From Mytilus californianus (lineage: Eukaryota): a stretch of 64,000 nucleotides of DNA. The notes under the pieces are model-generated. The model saw only the letters and a list, made by a program, of their open reading frames with translations, had not been told where the DNA came from and did not search any database. Of this stretch, positions 52,634-64,000 are shown in pieces. Position numbers and translations under genes: made by a program. The stretch covers positions 68,386,001 through 68,450,000 of the forward strand of contig NW_026262723.1 in the NCBI RefSeq assembly GCF_021869535.1, given 5' to 3'. Within the stretch, counting starts at the first letter, position 1; each line of letters opens with the position of its first letter.

Positions 52634-53347
52634 GGATGTACACCTCTGAGGAGCCAAAAATTTCTAGAATTAAACTTTTTATCTTAACATGCTTTTTGGG
52701 TTTATATGACTGCAAAAAAATAATTGATGAAGAAAAAAATCATATGGTGGTGCACTTCTTTTTTTTTTGCTACGGCCATTTGAAAGTGCCCAATTTCTGA
52801 TGATTTTCCCATTTTTCATCAATTTTTACCCGTTTTGGGGCTTTTATCATGAATAAAATCACAGTTTCACAATTAATTTTTTTTTCATACTTTCAATAAA
52901 GATGAAGTGGACCAATCTGAATAAATTTAACTGTAAAAAAACTATAGGTAGGTGTTAATATAAGAAAGTCTTATAAATTTTTGTTGCATTTTTCGTGTCA
53001 AATTTACCATGCTGTCAATTATGTAAATTTTGGATTTTTCTCTTTTTTTTTGAACTAAAAGCATTTTATTTCAACTTCATTGTTATAAATGATTGAACAA
53101 ATACATATCTAAGAAATTTGAAAAGAAAAAAATGATATGGGATGTACATGTTTCTGGTAAAATCATTTCTTGTATTTTGAAAATTTTATTACTCAAAACT
53201 ACTTATCGTAAATACACAATTTTTTCATAGAGTTAAGTTTGATTAAGATATTTTTTTGAATTCATTGATATTTTCCACTTGTATCACATGTGGAAATAAT
53301 TCCAGAACGAGATTTCAACGAGACTGAAACGTCAGAAGAATACATCC
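52634..53347. mobile_element. 714-bp non-autonomous element with TTAA TSD and GG..CC termini (Kolobok-type)
   Basis: TTAA at 52630-52633 and 53348-53351; TIR ggatgtacacctctga / tcagaagaatacatcc (12/16 match). Confidence 0.8.
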
Positions 53348-54815
53348 TTAAGTTATGTGCTCATCAGTAAAACCCTGATAAAGGAGTATAAACTTGGTTT
53401 GACATGTTTCTATGAAAATAAATTCCTAACGTACCTTCCTCAATTCAATTTTCTATTGGATGTATTTCACCGAAACATGCCAACTCTTATATGCAGCTAG
53501 ACTAGTCTAAGAGAGTTGAAGGAAAACATAGCAATCGTATCGATTGCCGGATATGCAGCAAAGAATTATTCTTTAGATTTTATGGCACTAGGGCAAATTC
53601 AACCTATTCCGATATAAATATTTACTACAAATACATCGAGAAACCCGAAGCAAAGATTATCATTTTCAGTGAAAAGGCTTGTAACTAAACCAATTCTCTC
53701 GAAAAATTATGAAAATAAGACAATATGAAATTGTATGTATATTTCAGATCAGATATTTTGTTTTTTAAATTTACGATTGTGGTTTCGAAAAAACTTTAAT
53801 TTAATCAGTGTTGTTATCGACATAATTATTAACAAACGATAGACTATGTCACGTATATAAATCATACATGTAGAAGAGTTACTATTCTATTGCTCCTACT
53901 TCACCAGTTTCACACATCTTATCCTAGTAAGATACCTTTGGAAACATTTCCACTTCTTCATAGCATGCTATTTTAACATCTTTATCACACAAAACGCATG
54001 AGATTGAAAGACGATGAGTAAATAAAAATGATTTAAGACTTAGTGTTTTAATTATACAACCTTTAAAACATTCTAATAGACACTTGATAAGAACCAATAT
54101 TAATAATAATTACAGATGAAATAAACAAACAACAAACTAAATAATATTTGCATTTTACAGATTTTAAAAAACAATCAGAGTGTATAGTTCAATCGTTAAA
54201 ATGATGTAAAAACAACAACATTTTAACAATAGAACTATACACTCTGATTAGTTTTAAAATCTGTAAGGTAATAAGGTAACTAAGGTAAAATGAACAAAAA
54301 GCACATTATAGTTATTGTTTGCAAACATTTACTTATATCGCTTAAAAGATATTTAACATGTGATACAAAGCACGTGATCATTTTGCTTTTTATCCAAGAC
54401 TGATCTCAGGTCAATCGTGTCTTTCATAGACTATTTTCTGGTACTGGTACGTACCTGCCGTATTTTAAATACCAATATTAATTTTGTTTAATCATGTCCT
54501 TTAATTGGTAATTTTTGTTTCTTCCCGGTTATTTTGATCTCATATAATTACAAATTATATACTAAAGGTTTAATGTTCAGTCTTCTTGTGTTTCAGAAGA
54601 AGTCACCGTTTAAGGGAACACCGTTCTTTCTTATCAATGATGACGTTTATGATAAATCAAAAACTAATGCTCCTTCCTAGTCAGTTGACATATTCTTAAT
54701 GAATTGCAAAATATGGATAGTAATGCTAATAGTAAAGCAAAATCAGTGAATTATATAATAAAATGTATAACAATGGTTTGATGACAATAAATATGTGACA
54801 ACACCGTATATATCC

Positions 54816-55345
54816 TCAATTTGTAAGCATGTCACAATAACGACAGCATTCAGCGTCGTTTGAAGATGAACAACAACGACAAAATACGTTTAAAAAAGAC
54901 GTGTATCCTTGTGCCGAGTTTTCGGTTTGTTGTCCCGAGTTTTCGGTTTGTTCTGATTCAGTTTCGCTAGTGCAAGATAAACAACAGAGTGGATCATTGT
55001 CATTTTTACAGCATACACAGCTGTTGGCTTCTTCTGACACAGGTTCCAAAATATTTTGACTTCGTTTACCTTGGTGCATTCTATATCGCCAATTTAACCC
55101 TTCCCATCCACGCTTTAATTGTTCCAAAGTACCTGGATACATAACTCTGCGACTAATTAAACCTATACCCTCCCACGCTCGTTTTGTTGGACGCACACTG
55201 GCTTTCATCCAAGGCATATCCCATGCTTCCCAGCCTCTTTTGACTGGTAAAATATTTGAGTTCACGTTACTTCTAGTGTTCTGTGAGGTGAGTAGTGCAT
55301 CCAAGTAACTTGTAGCCTCATTTCGAAAGGACTCGACCAAGGTCA
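54816..55345 (-). CDS. Neuropeptide-type prepropeptide, exon 2: [G/A]WE peptides plus two CxCC-x7-CC-x2-C modules
   Basis: Acceptor tatttcag|TG (phase 1), open to TGA at 54816. KR-GWEAWDMPWMKASVRPT-KR-AWEGIGLIS-RR-VMYPGTLEQL-KR-GWEGLNWRYRMHQG-KR, followed by 12 Cys in two identical patterns. Confidence 0.88.
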
Positions 55346-55752
55346 CTGAAATATAAATTCAAAGAATATTTGAATTCATTTACAAAATTCAAATCGAATA
55401 AACAGTCTTTTTTTTTAAACTACAGTGTGATGAACGGTTCCTTATATTTGTTATAACATCTTCCTACACATTAGTCAGTCAATGAATATTTGTAACTTAA
55501 ATCAAATCAAACCAATTTTAATGTAATTAAACATTTACAGCATATAAAATACCAAACTCCATAAAATTTGAAAGACTCGAATTCCGGAACGTTCGATTTA
55601 TATTAACCGCAAATTCGGGTCTGCTAAATTTTACGGAGTTTGATATTTTATACTCTCCGGAAGTGAAGAATCTTGGGAAATCAGGAACCATTTTGAAATC
55701 GAAGTAGATCATTGCACACCTCAAATGGAATCGTAACTTATTTTATCATTAC

Positions 55753-55849
55753 TTTGGGATATTTCTGGAAATATTTTGCACCAACAAACACACAAAAGGT
55801 AAAACTGTGTATCAATGCAAACATTTCTAGCAGTCAATAAAGATTTCAT
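55753..55849 (-). CDS. Prepropeptide exon 1, probable signal peptide (MKSLLTARNVCIDTQFYLLCVCWCKIFPEISQ)
   Basis: ATG 55849 and donor CAA A|gtaatg give phase 1, matching exon 2 (A|TG = Met). Hydrophobic core FYLLCVCWCKIF. The signal is somewhat atypical and was not computationally tested. Confidence 0.65.
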
Positions 55850-55937
55850 GGCAAAATTGGGTCTCAAAGTTCCGCCGTAAATTCTCTCTCCAAGTCCAGA
55901 CGGAAAAAATGGCTTCAGCGTTATGATGTCGTAGGAA

Positions 55938-55971
55938 GGCGTCACAGAAAAAAAAGCCTTTCAAGACGTCA
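55938..55971 (-). promoter_or_regulatory. CRE-like motifs upstream of the prepropeptide gene
   Basis: TGACGTCT (7/8 match to CRE) at 55971-55964 and GTGACGCC half-site at 55945-55938, about 90-120 bp upstream of the ATG. Confidence 0.3.
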
Positions 55972-56010
55972 TAATTGTTTGGACTAGGGGAATGCATTAG
56001 ATGTTCATCT

Positions 56011-56249
56011 CAAAACCTGTAAAGTGATCGAATATGAATCTTATTTTATTCTGAATTGCAAGGTTAACAAGAATATTAGACAAAATCTATGTAATGATAT
56101 ATAATTAGATGCCATCTAATTGTATATCATCGGATAGATTTTGTCTGATATCTAATTGTATATCATTAAATAGATTTTGTCTGATATTCTGGTTAACCTT
56201 ACAATTCAGAATAAAATGAGATTCATATTCGACAACTTTACAGGTTTTG
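56011..56249. repeat. 239-bp fold-back (99-bp arms, 8 mismatches) with an extra 36-bp unit in the loop
   Basis: 56011-56109 pairs with 56151-56249; 36-bp tandem at 56115-56150 / 56151-56186. Confidence 0.9.
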
Positions 56250-57039
56250 CACAGTCTTTATTCTCGAGGAACTTTAATATAACGACAATTTTCAATTTCA
56301 AGACATTGGTCACTTATACGAAGTTTTGTAAAAATATTCCTGATAGAAATATCATTTAACAATATGTAAAAATTTTCTTTAAGTGAAGGTTTTAATTTTT
56401 TATACAGAAATTCTGATTTAAAAGCTTAACATCTGTAATATTCTTACAGTTGGCCACTTTGTCTTCAAGGTTATTGTCTGGTAAGACATTCTTAGCATAT
56501 ATGAATACAAGAATATACACCTTGTAAATCGAGGGATTTCGAAAGTTCAAAGGCCTTTCTCAATAATGGGTTAAATGATCCATATTTAGTCTAGCAAGAT
56601 ATAAATAGATTGGGTTGTAATTTAGTTTTTGGTATAATTGATGTGCTTCGATGCAAAGTTTGACAAAAACATGTAAAATTTGCAATTTGGTATAAAAATA
56701 CCTTCAACAGCAACATGTAGCGCTGATAAACTTTTTGGTTTTATGGAAATATGTAAAATATGAAACACTATTTTAAGTATATGATATAGACTCTTTTATT
56801 TTCAATTTCTAGTAGTATTTCATAACTTTTGAGACATTCACTTTGTGAATGAAACAATTCATGAAATATTGGTGCTACTTAAAAAGATCACCTTTTTGTG
56901 AATAATATAAAGCTTAATATTAGCCGAAGGGCGAGCACTCGTTGGAAAAATTTCTAAAATTCATAATCTTAAGAACTTCGAAATATAAAGACATTTGAAA
57001 AACTGTATACATCTTGTATCGTGCCGATTTTAGATTATG

Positions 57040-57800
57040 ACTCCTAAGTCTGGGGGTATAAAGACTATGCATGTGTTAATTTGGTGCAAAACATAGCCAA
57101 CCGTTATTTCTTTGGTGTTCATAAATCTGCACCGGAAGTTGTTAAACATGGCGATGTTGGAGGGCTGCCATGTAAAGAAAGACACTGGTACAATATAATC
57201 AGACCTTGGAATAAGCTCATCGGAATGGACGATATACGCTTATGTAAACACGTTTTCAACTGGGACTTTGAACGTTGTTTGAACAATTGGTTATCAGATG
57301 TGAAACACATTTTGATACAAATTGACATGGAGGAATATTTCCACCAAACCCAGATTTGTGATCTTTCACTTGTAAAAGACAGACTTCATATGTTGTGTTC
57401 CACTGAATGAGAAAAATTCTATTACAAACTTTCCAAAATTGCGAACATATAAAACATTTAAATCAGAACATAAATGTGAAACCTATGTTGGATTGAACCT
57501 CACTCGTGCTGAACGTTCTATACTGGCACAATTTAGATGCGGCATACTTCCTTTGAGGACTGGAACAGGACGGTTCGTTTGAGAAGCAGAAGCTGGTCGT
57601 ATTTACAAAATGGGTGACTCAAACTGTGTTGAAATTGAACGCCACTTTCTAATGGACTGTACTTTTTACCGAGATTTTAAAAATTTAACTTATACCGAAT
57701 CTTTAACACTTTTTTGAAATTCTCTCTAAAGATGAAAATTTTCAATTTGCTTATCTGCAAATATCCTAGAAAAACTGCTATTTTTTTTAACAATGCGTTT
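57040..57800 (+). mobile_element. Degraded non-LTR retrotransposon ORF2 C-terminal remnant, distantly related to 41105-42117
   Basis: R.FFGVHK.AP...HGDVG, KLRTYKTFK, LAQFRCGILPL..TGRF, E.HFLMDC..Y, with stops and frameshifts. Confidence 0.85.
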
Positions 57801-59814
57801 AAGTAAAGATTTTTTTATATAAGAACGACCAAACTTAAATTCTTATTTTGTCCGCCGTTTTCTTTTTATATGTATAAATGTTTAAAGTGACCTATAGGTG
57901 CAAAGGGCAGGGTTTTGATACATGTAATAACAACCGTTTATTGATATATAATTGTTTAATATTGTAAAACACATGTCATCATAAAAACAAACGATTTGGT
58001 ATTGGTATTATATTACAAGAAAAACATTGACTGTATGCTTTTAATATTCGTGTCTAAGTCTGTTATGAAACATTTCGTATAGAGAAGAACATGAGATCTG
58101 GAACTATCTAACCTAAATTAATAGTGGTAATGCGATAAAAAACATATAATAGGGAAAATAAATAACCTCCATCTATTTTATACCTCAGATTATTACCTTT
58201 CTGCGTCTGTTGTGTTTTATGTACTATTATTTGTCTGTTGGTCTTTTTCTTTTTTAGCCATGGCGTTCTCAGTTTATTTTTCGACTTATGAGTTTGAATG
58301 TGCATTTGGTATCTTTCGCCTCTCTTTTGGGAATGGGAACAAAATAAACGTTTTATACAAATTTCTGTGGACACGAAATGGTTCTTGAAAAACCTTCAAT
58401 GGGTAGCCTCCCAAATTGTTGTGAGGTCATGGAAGTACTATATTGTAGTCAAATATACTAGTAGTACTACCATGATGAAGCCAAATATATAAAACTTTTC
58501 AGATATTCAAAACCAAAGAGGGCCGAAAAAGAAGTATTTCAACTTTGACTGAAGGAATGGGAACCATATTGTTTGTACAGCAACATACGTGTAATTTATA
58601 AATACATATTTATCGCCAAATATAAAATTCAAATATTACTAATTGTCAAGCACTGGTTTCTGAAGGGCGGAATGTAATATCAGGCCCTGACAGTCCACCA
58701 GCATTAGTAATATCAACCTGGTAAAGTAAAATGAACGGTAGGCGTTAGCAGGAATAACTTAACTATTAATTGATTTCCTTCTTTAGTCGGAATACTGTTT
58801 TGCATTTACATTAATATAGTATCATCGTATATGAAACAGAATGCAAGTCTGCACATAAAGAATGCATAAAAGATCCATAAGATGTACAGTATTTGCTTTT
58901 CTTTGGAAGCCATAATATTAACCATCATTGTCAGGTATTGGCAATAATTGTGTATAAGTTCAAGACCATTTGAATTCTTTGAACAAAGATGTAGGTAGAC
59001 AATTCTCAACTTTATTTCGGGGGGTTGAAATTTCCCAATAATGCTTATAACAGACCTTCTTTAAAGGAGAAATTTATGTAAAAGAAAAGACAATATATGC
59101 GTTGACCTTCTCTTGTCCATACAGACACACTAGACTATAATCATGCCAGTTGTCAGAATATATATTCATGACAAATTCTTAGTTTTGAATAAATACTGAC
59201 TAATGAACCGACTAATGAGATCATCTGTCATTTGAAATCAACTAATTATACGTCATCAAAACAGTTGACCAAAATATATCTGACCGCCACATGAAAATTC
59301 ACAGATTTACTGAATGGTGTTAAAAATATGTCTACGATTCTTAAATGATTTTTCATAATTATTTTATCCAAAGTTATCTAATTTATTCATTCGTTGCATA
59401 TTCTTCAGCTCCTATGATTATCTTTAAACCTAGAGACGCCTCTACAGTCTGAAGAGGGATAAATAATAAAACACAAAAGATCACGATAAGGATCTGTAAA
59501 TATCCGACGGGAAAAATAAATAAATGTAATCTGAAGAAAATTGTTTGTCGTTGATAATTGGAGATATTATATTCATCGATAACAAAGTGGTGGTGAACTT
59601 TAGATTCGGGAAAATATTATATCAGATTTTATTTTCTTCATTACAATCCTGGAGTTTTTATTTTCTCGTTACAAGCCTCATTCAAACACCAAAATATGTA
59701 ATTGAAAATATAATCTGGTATAAGAGATCAAGAAAACGCAAAACTCTAAGGAACGAATGTTTTAAAGCAAGACAATGAGGAGACGTTTCTTATAAATTCT
59801 GTATCTAAGTCGTT

Positions 59815-60033
59815 AAATGGGAGGCGAAAGATATCAAACGGATATTCAAACTCATAAATCGAAAACAAACTGACAATGCCATGGCAAACAACGAAAAACG
59901 ATGAAAAGGAAAACAGTGCAAAAACACAACATAGAAAACTAAAGAATGAGCGACACGAACCCGACCAAAAACAGGGGGTGACCTCAGGTGCTTCGGAAGG
60001 GTAAGCAGATCCTGCTCCACGTGGGGCACCCGT
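59815..60033. mobile_element. 3'-end fragment of the Penelope-like family; similar pieces at about 34335-34520, 58195-58330 and 62135-62235
   Basis: gaaagatatcaaacggatattcaaactcataaatcgaaa..gacaatgccatggc..caggtgcttcggaagggtaagcag, resembling the 3' UTR at 42640-42840. Confidence 0.7.
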
Positions 60034-61684
60034 TAAAATATGAATATGAAGCAAACAGTCTGTGCAGAATACGTCGATACTTTTGCTACAGGACCAGAAT
60101 CAAAGTCAGACACTACAAATAATCCAAGATAACTACAATCTATATATAATGCAAAATCTTCATGAAAGAATTCGCCGTTTCAGAAACTATTGCATTCTAG
60201 GCAATATTTCCAAATGCGTTCACAAAAACGTTTTGATTGGCTTACAACGTCCAAAACATTGGGAATTCTACCGATGGCGTGACGTTATTTTCTTTACAAT
60301 GAAATTACCAACAATTCCTTAGATTTCAAAAACGTTCCATCAACTGGCAGACTTTTTTTTGCACGAACGAAATAAGGAGATGTGATATAATAGCAAATGA
60401 GACAACTATCCTTTAAACCATAGCACAGAATTGTGAACAACATGTATATTTCAACGGTCATTACATGTGAACTGTTAACCATTTCATATTCTATTTTCGT
60501 ATTTTGTATTTTGCCTCTTTGTATGATTTAGAAAAGTTTTGAATCAATTTAGTAGAGACGTCCAGAGATCTTCCATTTTTTATATACATGTACAGATCTG
60601 CACATGAGGTGAGACTTTAATTTAGTATTTGTATTTGTCTTGTCTTGTCTTATGCTGAAACATAAGCCATCTGAATTTATTTCACTATACTAAAAGATGC
60701 AAAAACAAACTATTTTTAACAGTACTTTAATTAAATGAAATGAATATCTCTTAATTATCGAAAAAAATTCTTTGAAGAGAATAGGGGGCTGCTATCAAAT
60801 ATTATACAGCTCATTGTTTTACATGATTCAACAAACTTTAAAATTTGTCATCTAAAATTATTTGGATTTTATAGCTTTAACTATAACATTTCATTTATTT
60901 CACATTAAAATTATGTTTCGTTATGTTAGTTTTATCAGTTTAATGGGATTCATTTTATAATGTTAAAATATCAAATGACAAAGTATACCATTTACATGTT
61001 GAATTTGCTTTCTTGGAGAAATTAAGTAGATTTTTTTTATTTGTTTAAATACCCTTTAGCTTCAGACGTAGTTTTTCCTTTTGGCTATGTAAATTCGTCG
61101 CATAGTTTTGTATATACATTTATATATTTGTAGCTTTAGGAAAATAGGTTTCCTTTAATGTATTAAAAAACAATAAAACTGAAACTGAAAAAGGATAAAA
61201 CAAAAATAATTCTGTTTTTTATATACACGTTGTTGTTTACTAAAAAACAAATATGATTTACCGAAAAGAATGACATAAGTTTCGTGAAACAAAACTGCTT
61301 CTTTGAAAGAGTTTAAAATTCAATATATATAATTAAACTAGTCCGCCGTTCAATCTAAAATCTCCACTTCGAAGCGTTAAGCGAACACAACAGATGTCCG
61401 GTTAATATATATTACTTGAAAAAAACAAACTGAAAAATCCCTCTTGCTAAAGCCACTGCTGTGAAAAATTATTAACAAAAATACCGAACTCCAAGGTAAG
61501 TTCAAAAAGAGCGGAAGTCAATAAAACCTTACAAAGTCAAACGCTCGAATATGAAGTTCAATGTTAAAATATCCAAATCAAGAAAGTTTTTGAAATGTTA
61601 TATACATTTTGTATCTAATAGTAACACTGTTTGTTAATCAGCATATTAGTTGCAAATGTATAAGGAAAAGTACAGGTGTAACGA

Positions 61685-61848
61685 GGGGAAACTCGGTAGC
61701 CGTGTGGTCTAAATAGTGCATCTACTGTATCACAAGCCTGTCAAAACTGAGATTGTAAGTTCGAACCCCGAACGTAGCAATGAGTTCGACTCCAAATATA
61801 GCTTATAGTCCTGATAGTTGAGTTAAACACCAACAATTAATCAATCAG
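61685..61848 (+). mobile_element. tRNA-derived SINE
   Basis: A-box-like ggtagccgtgtggtctaa and B-box gttcgaacccc, spaced too far apart for a tRNA; tail gttaaacaccaacaattaatcaatc. Confidence 0.7.
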
Positions 61849-64000
61849 ATGTAATGGGATACTGCATGAGTGAATAATCCAAATAAATGAATTGATTTCA
61901 CAAAAGGCCAGGACAGCAAAATCAAATTAAACCAGAAACAGTAAGGACACTTCAAGTAATTAGACTGTTGATTTGCCACGTGTGCACCCTCTATCAAACA
62001 AAACTCGAAACTTTCCGCCTTAGTGACCATCATAATGCATGAACTGTAGTGGGCCTCTGGTTTAAATAAAAAAAAATATTTAAAAAAAACAAGTTAACTA
62101 AGTACTGTCAACATGTTCAAATAAGAGGCGGAAGATACCAAGGGGACATTCAGAACTCATAAACCTAAAAGAAATGTCAAGGCGTGAAAACAAACGAACA
62201 GATATACGAGTCCACAAAACACTATAAGAAATTTATTATCAAGTTTCAATCTTTGAAATTTTCGGAGTTATTGACTCAATCATTTAAATTTCCCCTTCAG
62301 AGCCCATAAACAGTGCCAGTTGGCCTCTGGTTTAAATAGTAAACACTTGAGGATAACAGTTTATATAACACATTATCCATGGATTTATCACTCTTAGTAT
62401 TGGAGACTAAGCCTGCATTAGGTTATTGTATCATGCAATATATCAATTGTATTTTTCTGAAAAGTGTAAATATAGATATAAAAAATCACCACACAAATCT
62501 TTGTATCCATCAGATAACAAACACTTGACCAATTTCTGTAAATAAAAAATATTGAAACCACAGCTAAGGATACTGATCCAACATCGTGCCAAATATAAAG
62601 TTATAATCCTTTATTGCTGCTAAGATAGTACGAGTTAAGAAGCAGGAAGTAAAAAAGAACAGAGCAATACCAATAAAATGTCCAAATATCGTTTTGGACA
62701 CTAATTAACAAATGAAACACGGAAGACGTTGTCCAAATGTGCGAGTAAATTGGATGACAGTTAAACCTTGTAAATAATTTAGAAACATGAATAAAAGTTA
62801 TAAAAACTTGTGTAATTACTGTCTAGTAAGTCTTTTGGTGTTTTTGTAAATTACATGGTCATGTTGTTAAAATACACATTGAGACATGATTTTGTGCTAT
62901 TAAGGTTTCACTTTTGTTGATTAATTATTAAATTCAACATGTACTATTCAAAAATTTAGAAGATGAGAAAAGAAAATGTTCGTGGAAATTACGAGAATTA
63001 TAACAATTATGCTTAAAAATTTACCATGCATAACTCAACGTATTGCACAATTGAAATGAAAGATTTTCATGCTGATAACATACATCTACGTATGAATAAA
63101 TGCTTTTTTGTGCAAATGATAAAAGTGATAATATAAGCTCATCATGTATTACACAATCAAAGTCATGGGATTCTTTTTGATACTGAAAACACAAAAGTGT
63201 CTGGTCATAACAAATATTTCACTTTAATTTTCTCTTTCTATTTTTTTTTCTGTTCATTGAGTAGAAATTCAAAATGTCCCCTAGGCAATTTTAAAATTAT
63301 CTGTGCCTTTATCATTATCTCTGTACCGATGTTATGCTTGGCTTTATGAGAATAAAGATATATATAACAAGTAGCATCCACGGTTTCATCACTTCGAGAT
63401 TGCAATAATACTATGGTTGTAATTTCTTTATGTTGTATTTAAGATATCTCTGAACTATAATCCTGACAAGGTGATTTGTCTAAATATGGGGGAAAAATCG
63501 AAACCACAAATCAACTTATTTCGGTAGTAAATCAATTGTCTTTCAGACACGTGTAAATTCGTATTGGACAACGTTTGAAGACGATTCAAAGCAAAAGTGA
63601 TAGAAACATGTTCAACTTTGCAATTTTGTGTAATAATTGTCTTCAACAACAAAGTGTAGTGTTTTTGAAGGGGAAAACACAATATAAAAATAAGGAGATG
63701 AGGTATGATTGCCATTAAGACAACTATCCACCAAAGTACAAATAAAGTGGATGTAAGCAATTATATGCAACCGTACAGCCTTCAACAATGAGAAAACCCA
63801 TACCGTATATTCGGCTTTAAAAGGCTCCGACATGAAAAATATGAAACAATTCAATTTAGAAAACTAACGGCCTAATTTATAACAAAACAATTAACGAAAA
63901 ACAAATATGACAGACATGAACCAACGACAACCACTGAACTACAGGCTCCTGACTTGGGACAGGCACGTAAAGAATGAGGCGGGGGTAAACATGTTTGTGA

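Noticed and set aside
54597-54680. Plus-strand terminal-exon-like KKSPFKGTPFFLINDDVYDKSKTNAPS*
   Set aside because: No upstream exon in compatible phase was found; it probably lies in the neuropeptide 3' UTR.
55734-55823. Alternative signal frame MFALIHSFTFCVFVGAKYFQKYPK
   Set aside because: It meets the gtaatg donor in phase 0, which does not fit the phase-1 acceptor at 55345.
61685-61790. tRNA gene
   Set aside because: A and B boxes are present but too far apart, no cloverleaf forms, and a SINE-type tail follows.

Overview
AT-rich, intron-rich eukaryotic DNA. The repeat families suggest a bivalve mollusc, probably Mytilus (inference, not database-checked). Three protein-coding genes are well supported. 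(1) Alkylglycerol monooxygenase AGMO on the minus strand: 10 GT-AG exons from the ATG at 12314 to position 73, with the 3' end beyond the window. It keeps the histidine motifs but has Lys where human AGMO has the tetrahydrobiopterin-interacting Glu137. (2) A two-exon, 312-aa Ser/Thr-rich protein of unknown function on the plus strand (18042-20057). (3) A two-exon, ~208-aa neuropeptide-type precursor on the minus strand (55849-54816), with three [G/A]WE peptides between dibasic sites and a duplicated CxCC-x7-CC-x2-C module. The remainder is mostly transposon-derived: three TTAA-flanked GG..CC MITEs, a 2.1-kb hAT-type element with a perfect 8-bp TSD, a 7.9-kb span between perfect 31-bp inverted repeats, truncated LINE and Penelope-like RT remnants, SINEs, a 64-bp dimeric satellite, fold-back structures and several decayed reading frames. 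No rRNA, intact tRNA or CRISPR array was found. All coordinates and alignments were read by eye. Exon, TIR and TSD ends are exact; ends of degraded repeats are approximate.
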